Of a DNA stretch of 64,000 bases, positions 44,949-58,961 are shown in pieces. Position numbers and translations under genes: made by a program. Source of the stretch: a virus (lineage: Duplodnaviria; Caudoviricetes); IMG/VR virus record IMGVR_UViG_3300032038_000040, positions 32,442-96,441 of that record; one strand, written 5' to 3'. Position 1 is the first letter of the stretch. Each line of letters starts with the position of its first letter. A model generated the notes under the pieces. It had not been told where the DNA came from. It did no database searches and saw only the letters and a program-made list of their open reading frames with translations.

Positions 44949-47900
44949 AGTCTCTGTTGTTATTATAATAATTATTTGTTTCTTCAAAGTAATTAACCAT
45001 TATATCTTGTAATACCATTTTATAGTTGTTATTATCTTGCTTGGACAATTTAATATACAACCAAGGATTTCTCATTCTATCTCTTGTTTCAATAACTTCC
45101 GGAATTTGAATATTAATATCTGTATTGCTTTCATTGGCAGGAATATCTGGAATTTCCATATCATTAAAAAATATATCATTCAGATATTTGCCATATGTAG
45201 CTCTTGGAATATTAGCTCTCCAGATTCTGAATTTCTATTTTAATACTGATGGTTTATCTAGTACATCAGTCAAAGTAGCATGACTCTACTAGTATTCATT
45301 CCAAGTGTCTATAGTATCAAAAGTCTTCCTGATAAATTCATTGTTTTTCCACATATCAGCTCTAAATTCAACTTGATTAAATATCTTATCTAATGTGGGA
45401 TTCTAATTAGCTATCACAGTAATATAATAAGGTTTATATTCTCCATAAAAGTAATTATATTCCCCAGCATTGTTCTAATATAATTTATTGTCATGAATCT
45501 AAAGCAACTTGTTACTCAAATTTCCAAAATAATGAGTCCCCTAATAATCATAAAAAGAACTGAATTCATCTAATGCCTCACTAAAAGCAAGACAATAATC
45601 TCTATTTACTATGAACAAGTCTTTATTAATTTTATCATAATGCAACGTGAATTCATTATTCAATGGATTCCATTCTTCTTGAGATATTAAATTGGATTTG
45701 AAGAAAGAATCAAAACCCTTTATTTGTGATACATTTTTAATTCCCTCTCCAAAAGAATATAAGTCCTTACTTAGACTGTCTATGAAATACAGGCTATTAG
45801 GAGTCTCACAAATAGACCATTTATTTGTACAACCCACTTGCTCTGAATAGTATCTTATTCCTTGTACTTTGCCACTATTGGCTATTTCAATAGGAACTCC
45901 CTCAGTAGTAGAAATCTGGTTTTGCTCATTATATAATAATTGAGCTATTGCTTTATCCTAGAAAATTAACAATGTGTCTTTGTAGTTTCTCAATGCTCTT
46001 ATTCTGCCTTTATTCTAATCAGCATTTTCTATTGATGCCAATGTGATATTTGTCCAAGAATCTATTAATGCACCAGAATTTTTAGTTTTAGTCCAAGTCA
46101 CACTATTTGGAAATTCCTCATTGTGTACCCTATTCTTATTAAATGTTCTATAGGTGAAAAAGTTATTCTGTTGTGAATATACATCATTTAGCCTATTAAA
46201 ATTAGTATTAGAAACAGCCAAGTTAGAAGATAATCCTCTATTTCTATCATACCTTCCATCTATATTTATTCTTGTTTCACACATAAATGATACTATCTCT
46301 ACAAGACCATTCTTCTCTTCTAGAGAATAAGGATATGTTTTTAAGTTATCATATCTCTAATAGTAAGTATCTCCTTCATTCCATACTAATTCAGTAGGCG
46401 TATCTTTCTTTATACTGATTCCATCACCACAAGGAAGCCACTGATTATTTTCAATTGCTTCTTCAGATGTTCCTCCAAATCTATTTTTTACATTGTCATT
46501 ATAGATTTCTCCAATCCACAAATAACCGCAATTCTAAACTTTTTTATAATCCTCAGTATTATAGGCAGTAAAGTTTTGAGGTAATATATTATCCTAATAT
46601 GTGGCATATAGTGTATCAGTATTCCATAAAGCATAGCCTTTAGTATCTTCATTTTCCCTGTTTATATTACCTAGAGATGGAAGTATCCTTTGTTTTTTGT
46701 CCTTTGTATAATTAAATGCCAACACTAAATGTGGACTGCTTTTGTATCTTAATCTTACAGGCATCTTAGAAAACTACTTTTGTAAATCAAAATTAGATTC
46801 TCCAGAACCATCATCCATATTCTTTTCTCCTATAGGTACCCACCTTGATTTGGCAAAACAGTCATGATAGCCATTCTTAGTTAGTAACTATTCATTTCTG
46901 GATACTGCTTTTGCCTCTTTTTCTGCAATCATAATAGGGTATCCCTCAGAATTAATCTCACTTCTTATATATGGCATAACGATTTTATCTACATTGCCAT
47001 AATAAGTTAATGTGGAAAGAGAAGAATTTTTTGGGGATTTTAATTTTGTTATTGTTTCCTAATCAGAATTAAATAGCTATATGTCAGAAACTCCAGTAAG
47101 ATTATTATCATTTTCTTTATAGGAATTCCAAATAGCACTTGATTTAAGATATTCAGTACATATAGAATATCTTAAATTGGACATTTTTTTATATTGAATT
47201 TTGACTGGAGTTATTTCTTCTGACTGAGAAAAATTAGTCAGAGCCTCCTTGTTCCAAGGGTATACTATATACCCAATCTCTTCTTTTTCTACATTTGCAA
47301 TTTTATCTTTCTTTTTTGTATACCCATCAAACCAATATGGAGCACCCATTAGTACTTTCCAACCTGATAAGGATATATTATTAATTTCATTTGATTCCTT
47401 ATAAAAGCCCATAGGAGCATATGTAAGGTCGCCATTCTGAAGAACTTGCACTGTGCCTTCAGTAGAAATATCCACATCACCCTGATGAGAAGTCAGAGGG
47501 ACTCTTCCAACAATTCTAAATTTATAATTAGATAAGTCAAGAGATTGAATGCTGGAATCAAATTCAATATCTGGAGAATGCAGGGTTACTATGGATTTAT
47601 CAACATAGAAATAATTATTCTTTTCTGTTGCTAAAGTTTGTATGTTTGAAGTGTCTATAGTATATACTTTATTCCTGTCATCTTCTGTTCTTGTATCAAT
47701 CAATGCAGGCTTTGCTTTGGAATCTTCTATAACCTTATTATATACATCGTACATACATTGTATCTCTGCATTTATGTAAGAATTAAAAGGCAAATGTTTA
47801 TTATGTCTAAATTCCACCCATGAGCCTCTATTAAATAAATCAATTTCCTCCCTGCCTCTCTAATCTCCTTCTTTATATGCCCTGGAATTTGTCAGCCAAT

Positions 47901-49506
47901 TCTAATCACCATTCCATAAAGCTCCTGTCAAGCTATTGTGGTAATAGGTTTGGGAATTTACTGTTCTAGATGTAGGATTGGTTGCAGTTTTTGGATTTCC
48001 CTATTGTTGATTCCAATCCTGTTTTTGTGCAGACTAATTAAGATAACTAAGACTCACTCCAGAGTTTGGCCTTGCATACCAAGAAGAAATAACAAATGGA
48101 GTATTATTAAATCTATCATTTATATTAAACACAGTTGGGCATACAATTCCCTGACAAATACAATCCCTGTCTGTTACACTTGGATACACAATAACAGGTC
48201 TTGCTTTAACATAATTGTTTTTTAGTAACTCATTTCCTATACTGGAACTTAGTAAGTAATGTGCAGTCACTAAAGATACTTCAGATAAGTCATTGGATGT
48301 ACTTCCATTTGGAATTGTATTTTTACAGTCACTTAAAAATACCGGTTCAGACCATTTTCCAGTTATATGTTGAAACTATATTCCAAATCTATACCATTCA
48401 AGATACTTAAATGTTTTTATTTGCTGAGAATTAGAAGTCAGCTAATTCTTATATCCATAATGCTCATCTTCACTTTCCATTATTTTTAAGTGCTTATCAG
48501 CCTTGAAAGTTACTTCTTTGCCCTTCAATACATTGGATACTTCATCAGGAACTAGTTTTCTCTTTAAAGTTATTCCACCCAAAAATAACGTATTATTCTT
48601 TTGAGCCATTGTTTTAAATGTGGCTTCCTCTCCACCAATATATAAAAGTTCTGAATAGTCAACCTGACTACCAGAAGTACCTGTATCAATATAAGTTATA
48701 TCATCAGTATTCTCACTTATCGGAATGTCAATAACAATCTTACATTGTGGAGTTGCATCTATACTTGTTCTAAGTATAGAATAGATTCTTAGATATTGAA
48801 AGGATGTATCTATGTTTTTAATTTCTATATTGAATGATGTGGATACAATATTATCTGCACTTGCACCTCTATCTGTATAAGAAGTATAATACAAAGGAGA
48901 AATATAAAAAAGACTGGACTACTAATTATATTGATTATAGTAGGATAAACAATATTGAATACTTCCAGGGGCAAACATACCATTGGCTATATCTTCCCTA
49001 AAGATAGTAACTTCTTCCTCTAATTTCATCGTTTGTACAAAATCAAAAGAATAGTCATTATATTGAGGATTTAACTCTGCTATATTAATAACTCTTGGCT
49101 GATTTATGCCATCTGTCCAATAGACCTTTTGTACCTTCTCATTCTCATAGTAAGGTAAAGTTTCAATAGGATGCTGAACATCAAAATTTAAATCTCCTTC
49201 ATATAGACATTCCCCTATAAATTCAGTTCCTTCAGTAATTTTATATATTCTATCTTTTTCCCCTGTGGTAAATATAATCCACTGTTTATCTATTACTGCC
49301 TGACCAATAGGAACTCCTTCTATCTAGAAATCAGGAATTTCAATTTCTTTTGTGCCTCTTTCATTAGATAATGCCAAAGAGGTATTCTCCCCAGTAGTGA
49401 GGATACGAATATTTTTATTTTCATAGGAAAATTCAGAATTAAATGAAGATACTGACAAATCCCTCTACATTCCTTTTATTTTCCACTAAGATTGTTTCAT
49501 TGCCAT
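44935..49506 (-). CDS. Tail stabilisation / muzzle protein (~1523 aa, TAG=Gln)
   Basis: Six fragments in one frame; starts MAMKQSQWKIKGMQRDLS...ENKNIRI; C-terminal RDRMRNPW; syntenic after tubular protein. Confidence 0.8.
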
Positions 49507-49507
49507 A

Positions 49508-50191
49508 TTACTGTACTCTTATATATTCTCTACTGCCTAAAGTCTCATAGTGATTTTTATGCTCACTTACTCTTTGCACCAGAGTGTTCCACATATTTGT
49601 AATGCTTACCATTTCATCCATAGAAGGAGTTGTCAAATCACTTGTTGCCTGTCCTACTGCCCAAGCATACTCCTGCTGAACATTTTGTAATACAGAAGAA
49701 CTAATTTTACCCTAATCAAATAATATTGTATATCTTTGTTTCTTTATATAAAGCTCCAATGCCTCAGCAAAACTTCCATTATCTGGCAACAAGGGAAATC
49801 CATCATCATCAAGCTCTATTGCTCTATAGGATATAATTATTTCTCCATCTCTTTTTGAGGAGTATAAATAGTTATTTTGCAGTTTATAAGTAAACTCTCT
49901 TCTTTCACATTCTCTCTTTATTGGATCTAAATGCAGAGTGTCTGTAGTATATCTATATGCCCTCCTATCTCCATCCAACACTTGAATCATTTCTATAAAA
50001 TCACATGGAAGAGGACATCTATAATCTTTCAGTTGAAGATGAGCTACTTTGTCAGTATATGCCTTTGGACAACCAACTTTTCTTATAAATTGTACTGCAT
50101 AGTTAACACATCTTTCCAAAGTTAAATCTTTGAGTAATGGATTATCCAGCAGGTCATCCATTATTTGTCTTATTGAAATATACTATATCAT
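49508..50191 (-). CDS. Tail tubular / ring protein (~227 aa, TAG=Gln)
   Basis: YISIRQIMDDLL...LPCDF...DDDGFPLLPD...QEYAWAVGQ; ATGA overlap. Confidence 0.78.
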
Positions 50192-50709
50192 ATTAAAAAT
50201 GCATCTAATTCATTATTACTCAATTTATCTCTCATTCTTTTCTGCACACTTCTAAATATTCTCAACTTATAATATATTCTATTTTTAAAATTGGCACTGT
50301 CTTTCTTTGTATAAATTATAAAATAATTATATTTTTGTTCATATCTAACAAGTGTTTTCTTTCTTTTTGCTTCTTCGTCCTATGACCATAGTTCAACTGT
50401 TTTTCCCCAGTCAATTCTTAGATTGGTTTTTAGAACATTGTTATCATATGTTATACAACATTTTTCTTTTCTTACCTATAGTTTACCTAGGCCATAGGGA
50501 ATAGAAACAATTCCTTTATTCAATAGAGTTTCTATAAAATCTTTATTGCATTCTCTTATTATTCTTCTGTATTGATGCTTACTTATATTCTGTTTTATCC
50601 CAATTTGCTTATTCTTTTTCAACCAATGGTACCCTTCTATTACTCCTATGCAATTTTTAATTTTTGTTCTTCGCTTTTCTTTGACTTTCTTTATTTCTTC
50701 TGGTGTCAT
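50188..50709 (-). CDS. IHF/HU-like DNA-binding protein (crAss gene 53-like, ~173 aa, TAG=Gln)
   Basis: Basic; IPYGLGKL(Q)VRK...IDWGKT.ELW; synteny. Confidence 0.7.
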
Positions 50710-51440
50710 TTCTCAAGAGATTTAGCTAATTCAGATTTTATATTTCTTCTAATAAATCCAGCCAAGTCTGAAAGGTCATCTGAAGCATTGTTTGTATCAT
50801 CTTTTGGTCTGTAAGAAGTACCTAAAACATCTTTTAAAAGCATCTCAAACAATTGTGGTATTAATGCGTCTTCCAAAGGAAACTTCTTATCTAGAATATC
50901 ACAAGAGCCTGATTCTTCATCACTTTTTTCACAAGATAATTTAGCAGCCTCTTCCGGATGCTCAAATACCCCAGATACTTTGACATTTTCTAAGTACTTG
51001 AATTGAGGATTTGCCGAATTAAAGTACATATAGTCATCTGGAGTTATTGTACAGTATATAATGTTTTTTAAATATTTGTTATATCCTATATATCTCATTC
51101 TCTCTTTTGATATATATGCTATATCTCCTTGAAAAAAATCCTGTAATGATACTGTTGGAGTTCCAACAAGAGAATCAGGAATTTTTTCTGTTGTTCTTAA
51201 ATATGTTCCCCCAGAGCAAGGACTTCCATCTATAGCATTTACTTCCTCTAATGAAAGACAAAGGACTTGCTAATCAGATTCTGGAATTTCTTCTTTCTTA
51301 TTCTCATATTCTTTTTTAAGAATGAGGGCTCTATATTTTCCTGCCAAATAGATTATATGCTCCTCTGTTAAGTCACTATCATCGGATAGCTACTTTACCA
51401 TGTCTAATATAAAATATACAATGTGTCTATATGTATTCAT
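50706..51440 (-). CDS. Tail ring protein (~244 aa, TAG=Gln)
   Basis: MNTYRHIVYFILD..SDDSD.TEEHI...GVFEHPEE...FPLED...PKDDTNNASDDL. Confidence 0.75.
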
Positions 51441-51462
51441 ATCAAATAAAATTAAATACTCT

Positions 51463-51516
51463 TGCAAAGATAATTATTTTAAATTATCTAAGCAAGAGTA
51501 TTATTGATTTATTTAT
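51463..51516 (-). promoter_or_regulatory. Late promoter P3, embedded in a 48-bp palindrome
   Basis: ATAAAT-N12-CTCTTG-N20-TATCTTTGCA; inverted repeat 51455-65/51492-502. Confidence 0.7.
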
Positions 51517-51546
51517 AAGTTCTTTCTTTTTTTCTTAGAAGTAGAA

Positions 51547-51840
51547 TTAGAATTTCAATGGAAAAATATATTCAAATACATTGGCTGTTTTATCGCTGTA
51601 TTTATCTATTTTCAAGTCTTTGCTTTCATAATCTACCAAGCATGATGAATTATCTATACATTTCATAATATCATTAATTATAGCAAGTTCTTTTTCTCCA
51701 ATGTTATCAGAGAAATCTTCTATTAATTCATTTAATGCACACGCAATTACCAAGGAAGTAGTAAGACCCAGATTTACATATCCAAGGTTTTTCAATGTGT
51801 TATAGTACTTGCATAAACTTTCATATATTACTTCATCCAT
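51547..51840 (-). CDS. Tail hub-like protein B
   Basis: MDEVIYESLCKYYNTL..LGY; ATG 51840 overlaps the previous gene's end; synteny. Confidence 0.65.
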   Translation of the reverse strand: MDEVIYESLCKYYNTLKNLGYVNLGLTTSLVIACALNELIEDFSDNIGEKELAIINDIMKCIDNSSCLVDYESKDLKIDKYSDKTANVFEYIFPLKF

Positions 51841-52378
51841 GACATCCACAACTTTTGTAAATTCCTCCAACAGGACTTTTCTTAAACATAGTTTTCCATA
51901 TTTCTATTGCTTCTTCTATGTGATTAGTCTTTATTGCTGTTTTAAAGTACAGATACTTTAAACATAAGTTCAATACATCTCTAGGAAAATCACAATCTTC
52001 TACAGATTTAAACTTAGATAAAAACTCATGAAGAAACCAATCCTTTACAAATGTAGCTCCAGTAATCTGCTTTTTTGCTACACATGGACTACATGATTGA
52101 CCTTCTCCATTTGATACAACTGTAACTATATAAAGATTGTCTGAAATGCCATCAATATCAATGTATTCCTAAACTCTTTTTGGACCTGTCAGATTCCCCT
52201 TGTCATCATATTCCTCATCATAATAAATGGTTTGGAATGGGGTTTTTCCATAAGTATCCTAAGTATCTATGATTACAGCTGTTATAACTGTACACTCCAG
52301 ACAGTCTTTATCTTTTATCTAAGCATCTATATTCAAATATTTTTCTCCTATTATGCTTAGATTATTAAATTGTATCAT
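51833..52378 (-). CDS. Tail hub-like protein A (~181 aa, TAG=Gln; absent from ORF track)
   Basis: MIQFNNL...IIDTQDT...ends SCGCHG; ATGA overlap. Confidence 0.7.
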
Positions 52379-53247
52379 TCTTCTGTCAATGCTGTTTTAA
52401 GCTGTGTAAGAGCTGCTTTGTCTGCAGTCTTGGCAACAAAAATTATATCTTTCTCAGATTTCTGAATGTCTTCACAATTTCCCTGATAAGCATAATGAAT
52501 ATCCAAAGTTGCATATTGTGCAGTTTCATCTACCATATACTTAGTCTCAGGAATTACTGGGAAGCCATTTCCTCTATAGATGTCAGCTCTTTCTCCCATG
52601 TAGAAGTACTCCATATCTGCAATCTTCTTTCCATTGTTTACTTCAGTTTCAGATATTCCATACTACAAAGTAGCCGGAATTTCCTCTGCATCAGTTGTCT
52701 TATTTATAACAGGACTTATCTCAACCTTGAACTCTACAGGGTCTGCATTATTGATACCTCTTCTGTAGTTCTCACTTTCTTTCTGAGTAATTTTAAGATT
52801 AGTAGTATCAATGTCAAAAGGAAGATGCTACTTATCTACTGTAGTCTTCATTACTCCAAGTGCCTCTTTAAGAGTTGCCTCAATGCTAGTTTTAAACATT
52901 GCATCACCAAATACGCACTGAGTATTCTCCACATTATCCGCAACTTCATAAATCAACTTGACTACTATGGCTTCTTTAGGACTTACCTCAAAACTCTTGG
53001 CACTCAGAGTTGCCTCTTTGAATTTGATTTTTTCATCCTTTACATCACTTATAGTATCTATGTTTTCAATAAGATCTGTAGAAACCAGTCCTCCCTTCCC
53101 CATATAAAGAATGGAAAAGGCTGTCTTACCTTCTTTGGTGATAGTATCTACGAAGAAATCGCCCTCATTCTGAACTGCAGCTGCAGTCTCTTTCTTGGCC
53201 TTCAAAACATAAAACTGTCTTGCCTGATTCGTGCTAAATACGCTCAT
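52375..53247 (-). CDS. Auxiliary capsid-like protein (~290 aa, one TAG)
   Basis: MSVFSTNQARQFYV...ADMEYFYMGERADIYRG...LDIHYAY..QKSEKDI. Confidence 0.75.
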
Positions 53248-53249
53248 AA

Positions 53250-54029
53250 TTAATTGTTTTTATTATTATTGTTACTATTATTATTTGTCATGCTCACACT
53301 TTGTAATGCCAATTGAACAGCATTCTCAAGTATTATTCTGTGTAAAGCAGGATTTAATTCGCATTCATTTTTTTCTCCTTTTCCATCTATTTTCAGAGTA
53401 TTACTACCTCTTTCTATGTCTTCCAATATAATTGGATTAGGTCTTCTGAGATAAGTAACATTATAGCTTCCTATTGGATACTTTGATATTAATGACACTC
53501 TTCTTATTTCTTGTGTGCTGATGACATCTAATCTGAGTGCTCTTCTTTCATTGTATTGTCTAAATGGATTCTAGCTTATTCTATAATAAGTATCATAAGT
53601 CACAGGAATTACTGCAGCTACTTTACCATCAAGACAGGAATCTTCACTTGTAAATACTACTGATTCATATATAATGAATAGTAAATCCCGAGGAAGTTCA
53701 TAAAATGTTTGTGTATCTCCAGGAGAAATCCTCATAAGACTATGTTCATCCTATTCAATCTCTTCTATTTGAGAAACATTTGTGTAAGTCTTTATAAGAG
53801 CAGCCAGATATGTTCTTATTTCTTCTGTTTTCTCAAATGAATCATTAAATGGATTTTTTCCATTATACATGGAAATTACTACTTGTTCTTGAGCTTTAGT
53901 CAAGAAAATAGATTTCTCATATTCGTTGAATTCTATGGAATCTAAAATTTCTTGACTATCGAACTTTTTAAATCTTTTATAGCTGTCTATTAAGACATCA
54001 AATTCATTGGAAAACTCTTCACAGGTCAT
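53250..54029 (-). CDS. Tail ring protein paralogue 3 (~259 aa)
   Basis: MT.EEFS.EFD.L...EYEKSIFLTKAQ...YLRRPNPIIL...CELNPALH. Confidence 0.78.
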
Positions 54030-55219
54030 TGTCTTCTATCTTCTTTATTATCAGAAGGCTATGCTACTTTTCCCCTAGATGTGAGTACTAACTATATAGC
54101 CATCTGAAGTATTTCATTATGCAATATTGGATTCAATTCACACTCTGTAATAGTATTATATCCATCAATATTAAGAGAATTATTAGTATCATAGAGATTT
54201 ACTAGAATAATAGGTCTTGGTCTTCGCACATACCTTACTTTATATTCCTTAAAGTCCGCAGCATCACTTCTCATTATTATTTCTGTAGATACTCCAACTG
54301 TATTTTCGTCATTATTGAAAAGTCTCCAAGCTTGTCTTTTTAATGGCTCATCATATGCTTTGGATGAAATTCTATCATACTCCTTATAATTAAGTGGAAC
54401 TACAACATAAGACCTGTCATTTACATCTATAACTCTTTCATTCAATATAAATAGACATTTGAGAGAAGTTAGATTAATAGAAATTCCTCTTCCTGTAAAA
54501 GTATCTTGTGTCTTCTTTCCAGTAGTAAATTCTATACTCAGTAATCCATGAGGATCAGATTCATCCATAGTTCCCATATGTATATATCCTCTCTTTGTTT
54601 CTGAAATGTAAAAAACTATCTAATATTTGTATATGCTATTCTCATAAGAGAGTTCATTCACTTCATTTGGATATATGTACTCACTTCCTCCTTTCTATTT
54701 TGTATACTCTATGCGAATGTTGCCTAAAATGTAATTAGCATCATAACAAGAAAGCATATTCAGTATTAATTTTCCTGAGCTGTCTGGATTAAAGGACAAA
54801 TTCCTCTCTCCTTCAACAACAAGAATTTTGTCTCCTGTTATAGTATCTTCTATTGTAGCATTATTCTCAACAACAAAATACTCTTCCAACGTTGTTCCTT
54901 TAGATATTGAATCTCCAGATTCTCCCTACGCAGTATATTGATGGGTATCAAATTCATCTGCAGAAATGCTTCTATAAGACACCAAATTACTGAAATCTAT
55001 TTGTCTTTCAGTAGAATCATCAAATCCCATCTATTGAGAATTAGTGTGAGATTCAAAATATGATTTTACTATTATGTCCTAAGCTTGAGTCAGGAATATA
55101 GATTTTTCATATTCATCCAAAGTTATGTCAGCCTGAGAACTTTGTTCTCCAAATTCCTAGGTATGAAGATAGGAGGCTAAAAGAGTATCAAAACTATCAC
55201 TAAATTCCTATGTTGTCAT
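54026..55219 (-). CDS. Tail ring protein paralogue 2 (~397 aa)
   Basis: MTTQEFSDSFDTL...EYEKSIFLTQAQ...YVRRPRPIIL...CELNPILH. Confidence 0.78.
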
Positions 55220-55221
55220 AA

Positions 55222-56466
55222 TTATCTCTGCTATTGATTAATTCCCATATTTGTTTCACTATTCTATCCTAGAGATACCTAGGATACCAAATCTCCAGTA
55301 TAAGATGCTTTTGCTAATTCGACAGCCCTTTGCAGAATATCATAATGCAACTACTCTGGGAGTTCACATATTGTTGCTTTAGATATGCCATCTATTGTGT
55401 TCTCAGTACTTCCAATATCTGACAATATTATAGGCAATGGTTTCTTTATATAACGCATTTGATATGTAATATCCCCATTAAATTTGCCTATAATCTCAGC
55501 TAATGGAACCTATATTACATTTGTTATCAATGTAAGACCATTTTCTTGTAGAGTTTTATCGAATTTACTTGGGGCACTGGACATTGTAAACAAATCAAGT
55601 CTTTTAGCTGCTGTTACCAAATCATTTTCTGTGGCATCGAAAGAATCTCCCAAATACTTCTTTAACTTCAAGAATCCTTCTTTTATTATTTTAAAAGCAT
55701 TCTCATCATCCCTTTCATCTGCATTGTCTATCCTTACATACAAATATATTTCATATGTCATTTTATCTGCTGACCACCCACAATCTGCTATTACTTGTGC
55801 ATAAGACACATTTTCAACTGTGTCTACAGGGAAGTACATTGTCTATCTACGAAAGATAAACGTGTCAGTGTTATGTAAGGGATCCCAGTCATCATATAGT
55901 TTTATTGTAATGCTGAGATTTCTCTTTTTATCTGCCCAAGAAGTCAGTATTTTATATGTACAGTCTTCTTCTCCATTTTGATTCCAAATAACACTATTGC
56001 AATTCTTTTTATCAGTCAGGATTCTCCAAGCAGCCTTCTTTACTGGATAAGCATAAGGCTTAAGCATCAATCTTTTGTATTCTTCATATTGCAATGGAAT
56101 AACAGAATATATCTACTAAGAATCAAAAATAATCTCATTGACACTAATAAAATAATCATCAGGAAACATGAATACCTGACTTCTTTTATCTAATTTTTCT
56201 AGAATAGATACTCTCTCTTTTGCTATATTGACATTTATAAGACTCGCAGTTTTTGTGATATTAGAAAAGTCATATTGTCTGATTTCATTTCCATCAAATC
56301 CAGACAATGACTTATTTGATATAGTACCAAAATAAGCTTTCAGTACTTCAGTTTGAGCTTTAGTCAGAAAGACAGACTTCTCATAATCATCCAAACTTGG
56401 AGCTTGATTACTTGTTATATTATTGTAAAGAACATCAAATTCTGTAGAAAATTCTTGTAGTGTCAT
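55222..56466 (-). CDS. Tail ring protein paralogue 1 (~414 aa)
   Basis: MTLQEFSTEFDVLYNNITSNQAP..DYEKSVFLTKAQ...YIKKPLPIIL...CELPEQLH.ILQRAVELAK. Confidence 0.8.
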
Positions 56467-56467
56467 A

Positions 56468-57376
56468 TTATTTTACTTTTGCTTCCAGCATAAATTTAAC
56501 TTCTTGATGTTTTGGAGAGTTCAAATACTTGCAAGCTATATTTAGAGTTGGATTCTCATTCATTTCACATAGTGGAGTGCCATCAGATAAATAATAGTTA
56601 TCTCCTTTCTTTCCTATAGCACCTGCTTCCAAAGCTTTCCTTATAAGTACTTTAGTACTCAACATAGGATCTTGAATAACCTTTAAGAACATCTTACTGT
56701 CATTAGTAATATGCTCATCAGCTCTTGTTTCCAGGAATTCGTATTTCGTATTTGCTGATGTTGGTCTTCCATCAAGAGTTTCAATAATTACTCTAAGAGC
56801 ATCCACATCTCCATTCAATTTACCAAGTTCCTTATAGCAGAGTTTCTTATTAGAAAGTCTAGTTTCTGCTTGTTTTGCGTCTTCTCCCTCACTTATTATT
56901 ACAAACTGATATGTTGCTTTAGGTCTGTCTTGCAATTCCTATATTGAAGGAGCTATATAGTCATTGTTAGCTAGAAGAATTTTATATTTTATATATTGTT
57001 CGGGATCACTCAAATCAAGAAAATTATCTGTTTTTCCCAACTCTACAGTGGCTGCAGGATTATCACTGCTCCAATAGTTATTTACCTTCTTATAAATACT
57101 GAGAGCATTATATTCCAATCCCATGGCATCCTCTAGAAAGGCTTTTTCACTATCTGTCAAAATGTTTTTATATGCTCCAGAAGATAGAATAGGAGCAACA
57201 AAAGTTCTTTTTGCAGTTTCTGCCATTCCCCCAAATAAAACGTGTTTAGGGTTATTCACTAGCCCATTTGGCTTATTTATATGTCTTATTGTTATTTTTT
57301 CATTTCTAAGACAATTAATTAGTCCAGTACTTTGACTTGTTGTGCTATTATTCTCTTCCATTTTTCTTCTTCCCAT
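56468..57376 (-). CDS. Conserved crAss gene-75-like protein (~302 aa, one TAG)
   Basis: LFGGMAE...LDLSDPEQYIKYKILLAN; immediately downstream of MCP. Confidence 0.78.
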
Positions 57377-57391
57377 AAAGTTAATATTTTA

Positions 57392-57424
57392 AAAGGAAGG
57401 TGGGTAAAATACCCACTTTCCTTT
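57392..57424 (-). terminator. Intrinsic terminator after major capsid gene
   Basis: AAAGGAAAGTGGGT-ATTTT-ACCCACCTTCCTTTT on the - strand. Confidence 0.75.
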
Positions 57425-57435
57425 GATTGTTATTT

Positions 57436-58941
57436 TTAAGATAGAATTGCAGGTATCAATGACATTGTTCTTGTAGGGTCAAATACTGCAACTCCAAGAG
57501 TAGCCATCTTGTGTATAACTGCAGCGTCCTCATCAAAGCTTGCATAAGGATTTCCTGCCTGTCCTGTAAATGGATTTCTGAAAGGTCCCCACTGATAGCC
57601 TCTATACTCTTCCTGCCCACGAATCTTGCACTTCTGAATATTAGGCTGTTCTGTAGAGCCAATGTAGAATATATCATAACGATAGGAGAATGCAGGACCT
57701 CCAAAAGGATGCTGAATCTTATTTCTTACAGGGTCATCATACATAGGGTCAACATCTATCTTGACTCTCACACCATTAGGAGCCTGATACTCTACAAACT
57801 GGAAGCCGGCAGTAAGTGCATTACCATGAAGAGGAGAATTGGTCTTCTTTATTATTCCAAGAGCATCTCCATTCATTTCAAACTAAGTCCATCCACTAAT
57901 AGTATCAAGAACTGCTTTGTGGAACTGTATTGCACCCTTCTCTCCTGTCTTTATTACGAAATATCTGTCCTTAAATTCCAAATTAGCATAAGAAAGCTGA
58001 TATAGAGCATCCTCAAGAAGCTTCAGAGAAAAAACATTGTAGTACCTAGTATTACCAAATTCCATCTGCTCAAAGAGTCCAGCACCAGTCTTTATGACAT
58101 TTCCAGATTTACCAATGTTATTGTATTCTCCATTGCTGTTTCTATTGCTTCTTCCCCAAGCTATTGCCCAGTTCTTCTCCTCAGCAAACTCCTGCTCAAA
58201 CTGCCAATCAACATAGTGCATCCACATATTCTGCACTACTTTGTTGCCATTCTTGTCTTGGAATGGAATACCGCAAGCAAGTTTCTTATTGAGCATACTT
58301 CCAGGAACCTTATGCTGCTTTCTGATAGTAGACCATTCATTTCGCATTGTTACTGGAGAAGTAAATCTCACATCACCAACTTTTCTTGAAAGTTCCTTCT
58401 CAACAAAAGCAGCTCCTCTTGAGAATCTCTCTCCTCTCTGAAGTCTCTCTCTAGGAACACCATCACTGTTATTTCCCCAAAGTTCAACACAATAGACAGC
58501 ATTGGTTCCTTCCATTCTTGGATCTCCGAGAATCCTAAACTAATACTACTCATTAAGCTCACCTTCAATTAGTTCACCATCAGCAAACCAATCTTCAGCA
58601 AAGACCAGATAGAATCTCTGTTGTCCTATTCCAATGTTATCATTTCCCTAAGCACTAACAGGTGTCCCATCAGCATTTCGAGCTTCTATCAAAGGAATGT
58701 TTCTTCTACTAGAACCAATAACTTCCCAAAAATACTCACTGTCATCATCAAATTCCTTTGTAGGGAACTGACTCAAAAATGCATCAAAAGATTTACCTCT
58801 ATGATATGCCAAAAGCTAAATCATAATGTCTGAGGCTTTCTACGGATGCAACTAAAAAATCTGACCCAAATGATTCTCTTTGGAAAGTCCTTTCCAGTGA
58901 GAGAATGTAGTGGTCTGAAATCTACCTAAAGTATTCGCCAT
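57436..58941 (-). CDS. Major capsid protein (~501 aa, at least 7 in-frame TAG)
   Basis: WKGL..ENHLG, EYFWEVIG, MRNEWSTIRK, KTGAGLFEQ, GFQFVEY.APNG, MYDDPVRNK crAss-type MCP motifs. Confidence 0.9.
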
Positions 58942-58961
58942 AAATTTATCTGTTTAATTAA

